Shown in pieces: positions 35,525 through 48,739 of a DNA stretch of 64,000 nt (positions are counted from its first letter, which is position 1; each line of letters starts with the position of its first letter). The translations under genes and the position numbers were made by a program. Location: the NCBI GenBank assembly GCA_010093815.1, contig ML996573.1; one strand, 5' to 3'. The stretch comes from Pseudovirgaria hyperparasitica. Its lineage: Eukaryota. The notes under the pieces were generated by a model. It was given only the letters and a program-made list of their open reading frames with translations. It was not told the origin of the DNA and ran no database searches.

Positions 35525-36682
35525 ATGGAGCAGCCTCCAACGAGCAGCGGCTTCGAGGCTGCAGAGAGCTACTACTTCACGGAGAATCCTCCTCCAAAGA
35601 ACTTAAAGTCAAACATGGTACTCGCCCGCGAGTTTATTAACAGGCATGCAGACAGCGACCGGAGAGTGGTGCTGGTGACCTCTGGTGGGACTACGGTGCC
35701 TTTGGAAGAGCAAACCGTTCGATACATTGACAATTTCTCCGCTGGGACCCGAGGCGCAACAAGTGCTGAATATTTCCTCGAGAATGGATATGCTGTCATA
35801 TTCCTGCACCGGCAATTCTCCCTCCTCCCATACTCTCGACACTATTCACACAACACAAGGTCGTTCCTTGACTACATGAAAGAGGAGAACGGAAGGGTTG
35901 TGGTAGAGGAGCAGCATCAGGAAGAGATGGTCCGCGTGCTAGGCCAGTACAACGCTGCTAAGAATGAAAACAAGTTGTTGATCCTGTCGTTTGTGACGAT
36001 TACAGAGTACTTGTGGATGCTGCGCGAAGCAGCCATGCTTATGCGTCCACTCGGTCCAAACGCCATGTTCTATCTTGCTGCCGCAGTCTCAGACTTCTTC
36101 GTGCCCAAAGACAGAATGGTCGAACATAAGATCCAGTCGTCCGAGGAGTTTGCGCAAACACATATGAATGGCAAGGGGGAGGTACAATCAAAGACTCCTG
36201 CAGCACGAACGGAAGGCAAGAGTCTGATCATCGATCTCGAACCAGTCCCCAAATTTCTCAAGCAGCTTGTCGACGGCTGGGCTCCGGACGGCATGATTGT
36301 AAGCTTCAAGCTCGAGACGGACCCCGCCATCTTAGTCAAGAAAGCGAAACACGCGCTCAACAAATACGCCCACCATCTTGTCATTGGTAACCTCTTACTG
36401 ACCAGAAAATGGGAAGTTGTCTTCGTCTCCAAGATGGACGGCGAGCAGTGGATTCGTGTTCCATCGAGACGCCGAACGAGAAGTGCTACTGGCATTGAAT
36501 CTCTTATTGGAAAGGCTGCGAGCCAGAAAGACTCTGTGGAAGAAGACGGTCCATCGGATCCTGATACTCTACACGGCGAGCCGGCTATTGAGATCGAGTC
36601 ACTGATCATTCCCAAGATTGCGACCATGCATACAGAGCTCATAAGGCAAACTCGTGAGTCAAAGGAGAGAGATGGCTCATGA
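35525..36682 (+). CDS. CAB2: Phosphopantothenate--cysteine ligase (PPCS)
   Basis: [64 protein letters not shown]. Confidence 0.95.
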   Translation: MEQPPTSSGFEAAESYYFTENPPPKNLKSNMVLAREFINRHADSDRRVVLVTSGGTTVPLEEQTVRYIDNFSAGTRGATSAEYFLENGYAVIFLHRQFSLLPYSRHYSHNTRSFLDYMKEENGRVVVEEQHQEEMVRVLGQYNAAKNENKLLILSFVTITEYLWMLREAAMLMRPLGPNAMFYLAAAVSDFFVPKDRMVEHKIQSSEEFAQTHMNGKGEVQSKTPAARTEGKSLIIDLEPVPKFLKQLVDGWAPDGMIVSFKLETDPAILVKKAKHALNKYAHHLVIGNLLLTRKWEVVFVSKMDGEQWIRVPSRRRTRSATGIESLIGKAASQKDSVEEDGPSDPDTLHGEPAIEIESLIIPKIATMHTELIRQTRESKERDGS

Positions 36683-38880
36683 GCGAATTGAGTCGTAGAT
36701 AGTCGAATCGCGGATACCCAGCGCCTCTCCGTCTGTTTGACTGTTGTTGTCTTGCAGATTTACAGGCTACCGGCCACGAAAATTTTATCATGTGGATCTT
36801 CGATGGCAGAGGTACGGATCCTTAGCAAACGCTTTTCATCACATTGCCTCTCACATCCAGACGAGTTTCGGCAACGGTGTATAAGGTATTCGGCCCGTCA
36901 TATACAGGGGCGATGCGCATTGAGAGCGTGCATTGCTTGCGCGGATGTGTAGGTCTCGCAACCGCCGTCGTAACGTATGAACCCATCAGACTTTGATTCT
37001 ACAATGAATACCGTTTCAACATTGAGGGTAGCCTCTTTACCGCCACCTTCATTGGAAGGGGGATGCATCGGAGATACCCTGTAGCTCCGAGATGACGGCC
37101 ATCTAGAGAGCATTAGGTGTATTGTGATGGTTCGCATTAGTACTCTTCGATGATATTGAAACGAGTGTTGGCTGTATTCATCACATCCTGCGAAGAAAAG
37201 CTATGCGCATAAGTTTACTCTAATTATCAACATCAGAGCCGATCATCGCTATGTATATACATGGCTAATTTATGGTGACAACTATATTCTTACAAACACG
37301 ATGCATGCATTCTCGTGCTAGGAGAGCTCATATCACTCCTTTCTAGAATGCGATGTCTGGTGGCGGACTTTGACATCTGTCCGCCTTTCATTATTCACCG
37401 ACTTTAGCGGGCTTCTGTACTGCGGGCGGAAACCTTGCCTTTGCCTTCCACGGCTGCACATCTACCCTGACTCGAAGACTTCGATTTATGTTTATGCCTC
37501 TTGCTTTGAGACTGCACTCTGCGAACTGTGCACCACCAGCTGCAAACTACTCGGAACGTGACCGCCACCCCTCGTGGCATGGACCCCGGTTTTCCATTCT
37601 ACCAAGCTGTTGGGCCATCATCTTACAGTACCAGGACGAATCGAAACATCTTCCGACTCGTAACCGTCTGCCCTCGATATCACTCATGATCATGTCAAAG
37701 CAGCGCTTATACGATCTGTGATCAGGCAGTTCATGCGACAGACACCAGAAGTCATGATACCTTGAAAGTAGTTTGTATTCGCCCGACGCATGGCGTGCAG
37801 CGATCTACTGTACCCAGCAAGCATGGACACCGGGGCTTTCACACCTGCATCAACTCCTTAAAACAATCATCGTCCTCCTTACGTACTGTACTACTGAAGC
37901 AGTACGGGTATCCGCCGTACAAACAGGGACAAGTCAAGGAGTAATATGCTATTTCTACCTGGATCACGTGTCGCAGCACAAGGAGGCGTTTCGGAACGAT
38001 TTCGAATCAGCAACTGTGCCTGCGCCTCTCCCTGAACGACAATGGAGCATCCACTCGAATATCCCTGGCCAGTCTTGGGCGAGGGATTATGAAATCTTGC
38101 TGGTCAGACTTTGCCGTCGCACTTGTATTACGAATCATGCCCGATCGAAGAAAACTTGCCATCATCATCGCCCAAAGTGTATCCTTGCAGTAGCAGGCTT
38201 TCCACTATGCCATCTAGCGAAACTTTCTCGGATACTGTCCCAATGGCTCAATCGCACAGCCTAAGCTGACCAGTTTTGACGGTCTTCCAGCGCATGCAAT
38301 GCATGTTCACGCAGCGTATCAACTTCGAATGTTGTCGAATGACCGATCGCGCTGATTAAACCAGAGGAGGAATATCTGACCATACAGATGCGCTTATTTC
38401 TCGGATGCCATGCTTACGCAAAATACCCGTACCCCTTTGTCTTTAATCACATCAGGCTTACCTTGCTGCACTCGAAACTAAACAAATGTTCCGTTTCGAT
38501 CCAGTATAGGTCGGACCTTGTTCCAAGACAAGGGCAAGGTAATTCATGCCGATGGTGCGTAGGGCTAATCGAATTCGGCAATTTTTGATCCAGTGATCTG
38601 GGTGTTGTCACTCCATGATTGCCACGACTTGCATTGGCTGCCATATGAAAACATAGCGCTAAGCACTGCAGCATTTTCATAAACAATATCTGTCTCCTCA
38701 GCAGCCGTTGCGAAGGACTAATAATCTTCCTCTTACATATATCGACGCTTCTGCAAATCAGCGAACGTACGTGCCTATCTTTATCATTCGGCCAGACTGT
38801 CACACGCACCGTCGTACGCGGAGCTCAGGACATCGACAATTCATTTCGATAGTAATAAACTAGCACAAGCGTACAGGACG

Positions 38881-40137
38881 ATGGAGGGATTCACACCGTT
38901 GGAGAGACCAAGAAGGTCATCACTCAACACGCTACCACTGGACGCACAAGTTTTGATGCTTCAAAACTCGCCCTCTTCGACCTATCTTATCAGTCCCACT
39001 TCACCAAAGTCAGTCGATCAAATCTGGGACGAAGGTGTTGACCGAATTCGTGAACGGGAAAAGTATCGCGACCAACGATTGTCACCAGCAGCGAATGAGA
39101 GACGTGTGGAACGAGGATCGGAAGCCACATTACTTGATGTCATTGCTGTATATCAGAACCGAATCAGCTCAATGGCGTTTTCTCCAAGGCTAGCATCACA
39201 ATTCAGCCCGAGAATGGTGCACAGTCCGTCTTTCACTGAGGCTATACCTGAGGAAAAGGAAAAGGTTCGCTCAGATTCTGCCGTTTCTGTCAATGAAGAG
39301 ATGCAAGATCGCGAAAGACCACGGACAGATTCTCGTACGATCCCGTCGCCACAGGCTTTCGCCACACCGAAAGAGTCTGATACATCAACATCGACGAGAA
39401 GCGCTCGTCCTTGCTCCGCTCATAGCAATCGCGCCGTACAACGGCCATGCTCATCTTTCAGCCAACCCATCCCACCACCACTCAAAACTGCGAAGTCCTT
39501 TCCCGCACCAGCTCCAGTCTTCGATCAAGCCGAGCGCTTACCACGAACCTCGTCCCGCTACGCTCTCGCATCACTCTCACCGCTACCATTCCCACCACCA
39601 GGCCCTCTACCAAGCCTCCCAACAGAATTCCAAAAATCAACTCCAAAGCTCCTCCCATCAGCACTCGCTCCTCAAGACAGTGTATTCTCGACACCATTTT
39701 CCTCTAGAGAGAACACCCCTCTACCGTCACCCAAAGACATATTCTACTTTCCCACCCCTCCAACTTCCTCCCACAGCCACCATCAATTCGTCCTCTCATC
39801 CGAAAATCTGGCATCTTCCCCACCGTCAGGTTCGCCTCTCGAGCATTCGCCGCTAGCGCTCATGCAACCCATTCATCTCGTGCGCAGCGCGTTTGACGAT
39901 GATGACGACGAGGACGAGGACGATAGCCTTGGCGATGAAGGGCTGGTGGAGAAGTGGAAGAAGAGTCTACAATTGCGACGAAGCACGAGACGGACGCCCA
40001 GTGGCGACGTGCCAGTCAAGATTTTGAGCGAGGAGAAGGAGAGGGTGTTGAGAGAGAAGCGAGAGAAGCGAGAGCATGGGCGCAAGAGGAGTTGGAGAGA
40101 GGGATGTGGGTGTTTTGGGCAGGCGGACGACGAATAA
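38881..40137 (+). CDS. Hypothetical Ser/Pro-rich protein
   Basis: 418-aa uninterrupted ORF, low complexity, acidic tract, ends KRSWREGCGCFGQADDE; no family recognised. Confidence 0.65.
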   Translation: MEGFTPLERPRRSSLNTLPLDAQVLMLQNSPSSTYLISPTSPKSVDQIWDEGVDRIREREKYRDQRLSPAANERRVERGSEATLLDVIAVYQNRISSMAFSPRLASQFSPRMVHSPSFTEAIPEEKEKVRSDSAVSVNEEMQDRERPRTDSRTIPSPQAFATPKESDTSTSTRSARPCSAHSNRAVQRPCSSFSQPIPPPLKTAKSFPAPAPVFDQAERLPRTSSRYALASLSPLPFPPPGPLPSLPTEFQKSTPKLLPSALAPQDSVFSTPFSSRENTPLPSPKDIFYFPTPPTSSHSHHQFVLSSENLASSPPSGSPLEHSPLALMQPIHLVRSAFDDDDDEDEDDSLGDEGLVEKWKKSLQLRRSTRRTPSGDVPVKILSEEKERVLREKREKREHGRKRSWREGCGCFGQADDE

Positions 40138-43009
40138 TTACTTCTACTTGATGGTTATGGACATGCTGGATATGTGTTCCCCGGACCAGACTGAATTTCC
40201 TTTGTTTTGATGGTTGGATTTACATGGAGCGAAGGATGGGATTCGACGATACCACTGCCGCTACAGGGCGTAATGATCACGCATAATGGACTGGCCCGAC
40301 ATACACGAACGACTTCGCTGCGGTTTCCTTTGTCAGGCGCTCATGCCCCGAGTCTTTACCTAAAATTGTTTGTAATCACATGACTTGTACGCATATACGC
40401 ACAATGAAGTCACCTAATCAGTTTCTCGATCGACTTGTCACTTCGCTGCTCTATTTACAGTCGCACCACCCTCAGCCTTCCCTCTGCCTCGATCAAGTCT
40501 GCATATCATCCCTTCTCTCGATCTCCGTCACAGTCGCACACGGGCGGCGCCGCGATATGCTGCGATAGGCGCCGCCGCTTGGAGCTCTGTATGTGCTGGG
40601 GTTCCTCGTTGTTTCACAAGAACCCGATGGAATATCCTAGTACGAGGCCAGACGTCCGACGGACCAGGCTCTCGGAACACAGGTCGGCGACGTTGAATTC
40701 AGAATCGAGTACGTAGGGGCACGACATTCAGCGCATGCACGATGCAAATAGTTCTTAGGGTTCTGTGATGGCTAGGGCGAGTGTACCAATCTAGGTTTCA
40801 AAGTTCTGATGCCCAAGAATGTACTGATTGCAGAGTCCACGGCAAGAGGCAAGGAAGGATGATCGGATTGCGTGGACGCAAGGAAGCCATCATGCCTGCG
40901 CCAGTCTCCACGCGCGAAATCCTGCCTCATCTCATGCCGCCGACCAGGCTGAGGCCAGACCAGGAAACAATTCTGTCGAACACAAATTCCTGTCTTGTGT
41001 CTGACGTAACGTGGTACAAAACGCCACACTGCAGGGCTACATGCGCAGCGCTCCAAGAATAAGCCCCGGCTCGCGCACTTATTCGGGCGCGAGGTACGTG
41101 GTGTTGACAGGCGTTGACGCACGGGACGACGGGTGTGTCGCTGTTGTGGACAGTGTGTGATGGCTTGCTATTGTCGTCAAGGTCACGTCGTCATACAATA
41201 GGACTAGGGTAGTTCTGTGGTACAGCTAGAGATGAGATTTCGGGTTCTGGTCGTGGGATACGGGATGAGTGCTCGTCCTAGTCAGTGGCCACGCGGCGCC
41301 GTTGAGGGTTTGTTATGGGAATCTGGTCTTGTCGAAGGTAATCTTGGTATCAATGTGTATCTTTGTTCTGGAGACCCATTGGTGGACTGAGGCTCGGTCG
41401 ATGGGAGGTCTGTGGAAGGATGTGTAACGACGTGAAACGTAACATAGGACGTTGGATTGCAGATTAATCACTGAATTGATTTGGAAGGCCAATCATGAAC
41501 GTCACCTGTATTATGTGACGGTGAAGAGAGATGATTGGAAGGGAACATCGCTTGGACTTTCTTCTGCTGGACGTTTACCTTGTACCTGTTACGGTCACGA
41601 TCCTGGATGTCTTGTCCTAATCACGTGAGCAACAGCATCAGACTCCTTGAACTTACCTGTTTGTTTGTTGGGGCAATATTTTTCGCATCATCCAAGGAGT
41701 TCCTGAATGTGTCAACACCAGTGCAAGTACGATCTCGATCGCTGACAGCAAAGTGGTTGAGGATCTCGATCGCACACAGCAAGCACTGACACGGGGAGGC
41801 AGGGTCTCGTGGATTTATTATATTCGAAAAGGGGTTCATCGGCCTCAGGTACCCACAGCCCTGCATAAATATAGCAGAAATCCACGAGATTACGTGAAGC
41901 GCTGGAAATGACCACGGAGAAATAAGAAGGTTGCAGGATGCAGGTTTGAAGTTGCAGAGTGCAGGATGCAGCTGGCGGGAAGAAATTGATGGAACGTTTT
42001 GTGTGTTCTCAAGCAGTTCTGGCAAGTACGGATGCCTGAGGCATAAATTCAGGACCACGCCACGTCCTTCATTTTGACCCGTTCCGTTGCTCATCTCATT
42101 ATACTCAAACTGTCATTACATTCAATCGTTCGCTGCCAGTGTAAACTCTACAATCTTGGCTAGAATATCAATCTTGTGTGGTCCAGGTTCCCGTCCATGA
42201 GCAAGCATATGACTGTACCGACATTAAGAGCGAGGATGATGGATACCTAAGGGATTAGTGAAGCGCTGTTCCAAAATTGACCGTTCCAAGGTAAACGTCA
42301 GTCTGAGCGATAGCATGATATGTCAGATCAGACAATATCGTACGATAATACCTTGTCTGAATGTGCCAAATCACAGAATTCGCAATCGGGCGCCTTTCAG
42401 CTTTGGATAAATCAATGCCTTCACGGTCGAGACTTGTGTTCAGTTCAATCACACCTAAAACTGCTCAGACCGTATCGAGATCTGGATGAGCCCGATGCAA
42501 CTGATGCCATGAACTTTTAGCCGGTGACTAGATACGCCTTCGCAGACACCATGTGCAACGCTCTTGCTATGGAGTCGACCAAGCTGCCTCTTACAGTGAG
42601 AAAGTGAGCACTACGTCTATGGCATTCTGGAACGAAGTGTATTCAATGACTTGGCGATCCTCTTTCATGGATGATGAAGAGCCATGATCAAATACTGAGG
42701 TCGCTACGTGTCACCCAAATCATTCGAGCCTGCCATTGAATCCGGTATGATGATGCATCTGTATCGACCAACGCGGAAACGGCAATTCTGAAGAAGCATG
42801 TCAGGTGCCACACGACAATGTGGTCGTACGTTTGCACCGTCCGTTACTGCCGAATTCTTGCTTCAGCGTTAACTACACGTAGCACGTTCGGCACACACTT
42901 ACAATCAATCTTCTACCCATTATATCTTTCTTCAACAGCCTCAATCGGCATACTTTTGGTGCAAATAAACTTACACACTTAGCCCATAGACACTTTTGTC
43001 TCATGCGCC

Positions 43010-45626
43010 ATGAGAGTTTTGCATATTCTCGGTCCCCTCTTCGCGGGCTTCTCGGTTGCCAATATCGTGTTGCACAAGGCACAACCCACATGTGATTACG
43101 CTGCAGGCACCTATCATCAATGTTTACGAGGCCAGCGGTGCACCGAACGAAATGAGTATGGGATTTTATGACTCTAGATGGGGTATAGCTCACAGCTACT
43201 AGATGTGAAGCCGCTCACGTTCGCAATTATCCACGGCCAGTATCTATAAGAGGAGACCTTACATTACTGGCCCGAGCGCCACGAGACGACGGAAGATGCG
43301 GAGCGGCATTTGAGGGCACACTATGTAATAGACGCGGGCCATTTGGGGGATGTTGCAGGTTAGACTTCAACTGCAAGCACTGAATATCATACTAATACCC
43401 TGGTAGTAAGACTGGCTTCTGTGGCAGGTCTGACAACCACTGTATGCAATCGAATGGATGTCAGAGCGGATGTCGACTTTCGAAGAACGACGCAGAGGAC
43501 GAGAACCACAATGATGACGGACCTACACAGACATCACCCCCTAGAGATGATGGGAGGTGTGGGAGATTCTTCGGCGGAGCGATTTGCGATCCTAATGGGA
43601 AGCACGGGGGATGCTGCTCTGAATATGGGTTCGTGGTCCTGTATCAGACAGGTTTAATGACTAATAGCATACAGCTATTGCGGTAACACTGATGGTCATT
43701 GCTTACCTCCTTCCTGTCAAAGTGGATGTAGGACTGCTACAGCATCAGCAACTGGGCCAACCGATACGGGCGAACCAGTGCTGGCTAGACCAACCACAGC
43801 CACTGGACCTCAACCTACAGGCGCAATAACAACCGATGGTAATTGCGGCGTCGATTTCAACTATACCATGTGTGGGGACTGGTACAAAGGTCGTTGCTGC
43901 TCAATGTATGGGTATTGTGGAAGCACGTAGGTCATTGCTAGTTGTGGCCACACAGTGCTTGGCTAATTTCCATAGGAGTTCCCATTGTGGAGAAGGTTGC
44001 CAGAGACAATCCGGCGAATGTGAGGGTGTTGAACCTGCTCCCGGACCGCGGCCTGCGCCAATACATTCTAATCCTGGTTCTTTTAAGCAAATAGCGGATT
44101 CAGGTGTCCCAGCCATGCATGCAGGACTTTTACCCAACGGAAAAGTGGCTTTTTACGATAAAGTGGAGAACTATACCCAATTGAAACTCGATAATGGGCA
44201 GTACGCTTATGCTGCAGAGTATGACCCATCGAATGGAAGGGTTACTGGTCTTTCATACAAGACTAATGCATTTTGTGCTGGAGGCGTTTTCTTGGCTGAT
44301 GGGACTTTCCTTTCTATCGGCGGGAACGGGCCTCTGGAATTCATCGACAGAACGGTCGGCGACGGTTTTCGAGGCTTGCGCTTCTTGCGCAGATCAATTG
44401 ATCCCTCCAACCACGACGACAAAGACTGGGAAGAACCTGGCAAGAAGCTCAATACTGCTCGTTGGTATGCAAGTGCTCAGATAATGGCAGATGGCAGAGT
44501 GTTCGTTGCATCTGGCTCATTCAATGGGCTCAACCCATCCGTATCAGCAAACAACAACCCAAGTTTTGAGATATTGTCCCGTGAGGGTGCTCCGACTACC
44601 CAGTCTATACGAATGGAGTTACTCGTCCGGGCTCAGCCCTACTACATGTATCCGTTTATCCACCTGATGCCAGACAGTAATTTGTTCATCTTCGCCTCAA
44701 AGTCGAGTGAACTCTTCAATTCAGGACTTAATCGGACCATCAGGGAATATCCGGATCTTATTGGTGACTATCGCACCTATCCTAACACTGGAGGCTCTGT
44801 ACTTCTTCCCCTATCATCTTCAAATAACTGGGCAGCAGAGATCCTGATCTGTGGAGGCGGCGCCTATCAAGATATTGTCTCTCCGACAGAACCATCGTGT
44901 GGCCGTATCATGCCTTTGTCACAGGATCCAAAGTGGGAGATGGATGCAATGCCGGAGGGCCGTGGCATGGTCGAAGCTACACTTCTTCCTGATGGCACTG
45001 TGATATGGCTCAATGGATGCAACTATGGTGCTCAAGGATTTGGTCTTGCGAAAGATCCGACAACAGAAGCGCTCATATATGACCCAGCAAAGCCACTTGG
45101 GCAGCGATTTAGCCGCGGTGCAAGAAGTCCCATTGCTAGGCTCTACCACAGTGTAGCACTTTTGCTTCTTGATGGTACAGTTCTAGTCGCAGGAAGTAAT
45201 CCCGTGGAGCAACCAATTCTTCGACCCAGTGCTCAGAATCCATTTGTCACAGACTTCAGAGTCGAGATCTATACACCGCCCTATCTATCAGGTGACAATG
45301 CGCAGAAACGTCCAATCAATGTCCATCTTGGCTCGAAGAACTTGGTAGCAAAAACGAATTCGAAATTCACAATCACCTTTTCCGCTGTAGATGGTGCACG
45401 AGGAGCAAAGATTGCGCTATACCACGGTGGATTCGTGACACATAGCTTACACATGGGCCATCGGATGCTTTTCTTGGATCACACCGGATGGTCACAAGGA
45501 GGTCGAGATCAGACGCTCGAGGTCAGCATGCCCGACGACAAGAATCTCGCGCCACCCGGGCCTTATGTGGTTTATGTGCTTGTGGATGGGGTGCCAGCAA
45601 TCGGGCAGACGGTGCTGGTGAGCTAA
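43010..45626 (+). CDS. Secreted copper radical oxidase (AA5_1, glyoxal oxidase-like) with three N-terminal CBM18/hevein chitin-binding modules
   Basis: Signal peptide MRVLHILGPLFAGFSVA from ATG 43010; four short introns; three DGRC/DGNC..CCS.YG/TG.CG..HC modules. Catalytic motifs NAFCAGG, RWYAS, RTYP, RLYHS, FVTHSLHM, APPGPY. Confidence 0.9.
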
Positions 45627-45907
45627 AGCTCCTCGGAGGATATATTTTGGAAGAATAGATTGCATCGAAGATAGAAGGGAATGTTATATGCGATACATAC
45701 CAGCGCTGCATATCCGATCAGGCCACAAGTGCGCTGTTGGCCAGAGGCGCAAAGGTATGTCGAGGTTTATGTTGTATCATACGTAGCAGCTTCTAGCGGA
45801 GGACCACAAGGTGAAAATCAGGCGTCGTTTGGTTGATTGGAGAATGGAAATCGTCTCCTTTGTCAAAATCTTGCATTGCATTCTGCATTTGACTGTGTAT
45901 GTCGCTG

Positions 45908-47180
45908 CTATCGACCGGCACTCAGCACATACTCCCTCGTCGCCGTCAACCCTACCCAAACGGCTTCCTCCGTTCTCATAGTTCTGCTGCCCTGCCCTGG
46001 TACGAGATTCACCCAAGCGTCGAAAAGGGAGGAGACGTTCGCGCCTGTCACACCGCTTGACTTTAACTCTGTGTCAAACGCAGCGGCGACTTCCAGTCCT
46101 GCTACACCACCAAACACTAGTAGGAGATGCTTGAATGAGGGAGGCAATCTTCCTTCTTGGCTCACACTACTGTTTTCTGAACCTGTCGGAAGTATGCTGG
46201 TTACACTCGCACCCCTCTCACTCGTTCCTATGCTCACATCATACCCACCCTCCCACTCTGCTTCCGTGAACACTGCGCTCAAACTTGGCGCTGACCGCAC
46301 GCTGTATCCCCAATAGTAGCCCCCTTCTTCCCTTGGTGCAGCCGGGGAGACGGGTATGGCCGACTGCGGATGCGCCAAAGAAGGCGGCGGGGTGGCAGAC
46401 GCATACTTGAGAGTTACTCGCGTATTCGGCGGTATGGGCGGGTGTATGGATAGGGGCGTCGGCGTAGGCAGACCTGTATGAATAAGAGTCGTGTGCTGTT
46501 CCTCGGCAGAGCTTGAGGAAGAATCAGCAGTAGGAGACAGTGTGACGCCCTCGCGATACTGACACCACTCGTCGGCCTTCATGTGATGCGGCATGTCTAG
46601 GCTGGGCAGAGCGCCTGCGTAGCGGAAGTTCTGGTGGAACGGCATGAGGGCTTTGCGTAGGTGGGCCGGGCATTCGAGGTACGAGAGCACCGTGGCGAGG
46701 AAGTGGTTTGGGTCGGTGAAGCCGGTGTGTTTGTGCTCTGGGCTGGCGTCTTCGGTGTGGGCGTTGTAGGAGCGTGGGCGTTTGGAGGCATTGGATGGGT
46801 TGGGTGAGGCGTGGGTATGGCCGTCGTTGTAGACGACGATTTCATCGACGCAGAAGACGGCGGCGGCGCGAGCGATTGTGCCGGCGAGGATGGTTTGGAG
46901 TTCGTGGGTTTGGGCGCTGGGTTGGGTTAGTATGCTGTTGGTGGTACGCTTGTTGGGAGGGAGGAGGACGGACTTTGCAATTATGCTGCCCGGGAGAGCG
47001 ATACTGACGGTGTAGGCGCGGCCTTTGGAGGGCTTGAAGACGGCGGTCGGTTTGGTTGTATCGGGGATGGAGTCTTGGGATTCTTGGTGGAGTACGACAT
47101 TGCGCTTGCGTTTCTAAGTCGATTGTTAGCTAGATTAGTGATGGGCTGATCTAATGTACCTTGGAGTTCTGATCCGACAT
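45908..47180 (-). CDS. SPOUT-class RNA methyltransferase (SPOUT1/C9orf114, YGR283C-like)
   Basis: Exons 47180-47160, 47113-46974, 46916-45908. TVSIALPGSIIANAQ, IARAAAVFCVDEIVVY, YLECPAHLRK, GYYWGYSVR, SIGTSERG, PGQGSRTMRTEEA. Confidence 0.92.
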
Positions 47181-48739
47181 TATGCGTAGCTGTAAAGTGT
47201 GTATAGACCTATGGGGTTGAGAATGCTACAAGCTGTTGAACCTCTTGTGCTTCGCCGATGAAAATTCCGGCCCGTATAGTGCTAAATTTTAAGGAGCTGC
47301 ATAGGGCTGATCATGCGCCACCAACAGTCCTAGATGTGGCTAAATTTAGGCAGCTGCCGCAGGAGTCAAACGCCAAAATCAACATCAGACCTCACTCTAT
47401 ATTTCTCCATAGCTGCTGTTGTCGCGACGTTGCGATACCCACGACCCATATTGAACATGGCCAACAAACCTGCATACGTCGCGAATGGCGAGATCAAGAA
47501 GAGGTCAGCTCCACATTACTCAACGACTCCGTATCCACGCGCTAACAGTCTACAGCGCGCCCGTCACAACGCAGCTGTCGGGAGCTGCGGGTACTGTTGT
47601 CCTCTTCATAATTCTCTACTTCTGGTCTCTGTTTTCCGTATGACTCTTATATGATCACATTCGAGCCATGCTGGCGCTAAGACGTCCCTGTAGCTCGATG
47701 CCTTCCAAGCCGCTCGCGAGTGCCCGTATCGACATGCCGTAACGGATGACCGACCGCAACGCAACGAGGACTGGGGTATTGGGTACCGCACAAATGAATT
47801 CAGACGCCCACGTGGAGCGAGAGAAGGAAGACTGCATCTTGATGGTCCCACAATGCCTGGACCTGCGGTTCCGTGCCGCGGTTGCGGTGGTGGATTCATC
47901 TAGCCTTGCTCTCGGCAGGTAATGGAAATGACACCAAGAAGTGATGAACGCTGCACTTATAAGGTCGATCGATTTCACTCCCTGGATTATAGTGCTCCCT
48001 GGTACGCTAGAGTGAAACATATATGTCTTTTTGTTTGGGATTGAAGGAGGTATGTTTGATACAGAATGGTCGAGATTGTCGTACCCTTGTGGCACATTTA
48101 TCTCTTTGTCGAAAGTTCCGGTCTTGGACTATGTTTGTATTTGCTCGTAAGACCGATGGCGGAAAAGATATGATCAAGAAGATGTGCTCTTGATTGCCCC
48201 AAATGAAGTTAAAGACAGGTAACAACCGCAAAATACTGAAAAGCCTCCACGCAGCAGATACCTTTGATTTCGGACGAATGTCATGGGAGTCCAATTACTC
48301 TGGTACCGCATATTTTGACCTCGCAACCCTTTTCGTCGCATTTTTTGTCTCACATAATACTCAGCTTTCCGAGCCTTTTTGCTCGATGTCGAAGGTTTGA
48401 CCTAAGGACAGTGGCAATCTTTCTTTATAACCAACGCTGTTATCATACCATAGTGCGACCAGATTGTTCTTGCTATGATCACTTAGGAAAGGATACATCT
48501 ATCAGTCCACTCTTATTTCTCTTTTATCATAGCCTGTCGTTTACCATTCACTGTTTTGTTTCCGGCTTTGTTCTTTCCTGCTCAGCAATAGAATGTCATG
48601 CAGATTCTATCTACCTCAAAACCACAGTTGGGCTCACAGCACATTCATGACATCCAAAATAAGTACTATCATGAATTCAAGTATGTACTAGTCCATATCA
48701 TCTTCCGGACCCTGGTCGCCATTTCGACACTACCATCGC

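Noticed and set aside
2353..36682. Cofactor-themed cluster (thiamine transporter, acetyl-CoA transporter, CAB2)
   Set aside because: Widely separated housekeeping genes in different pathways and compartments; no shared element seen.
36890..38810. Short ORFs between CAB2 and the Ser/Pro-rich gene as a gene or transposon relic
   Set aside because: No consistent frame, splice model, transposase/RT motif or terminal repeats identified.
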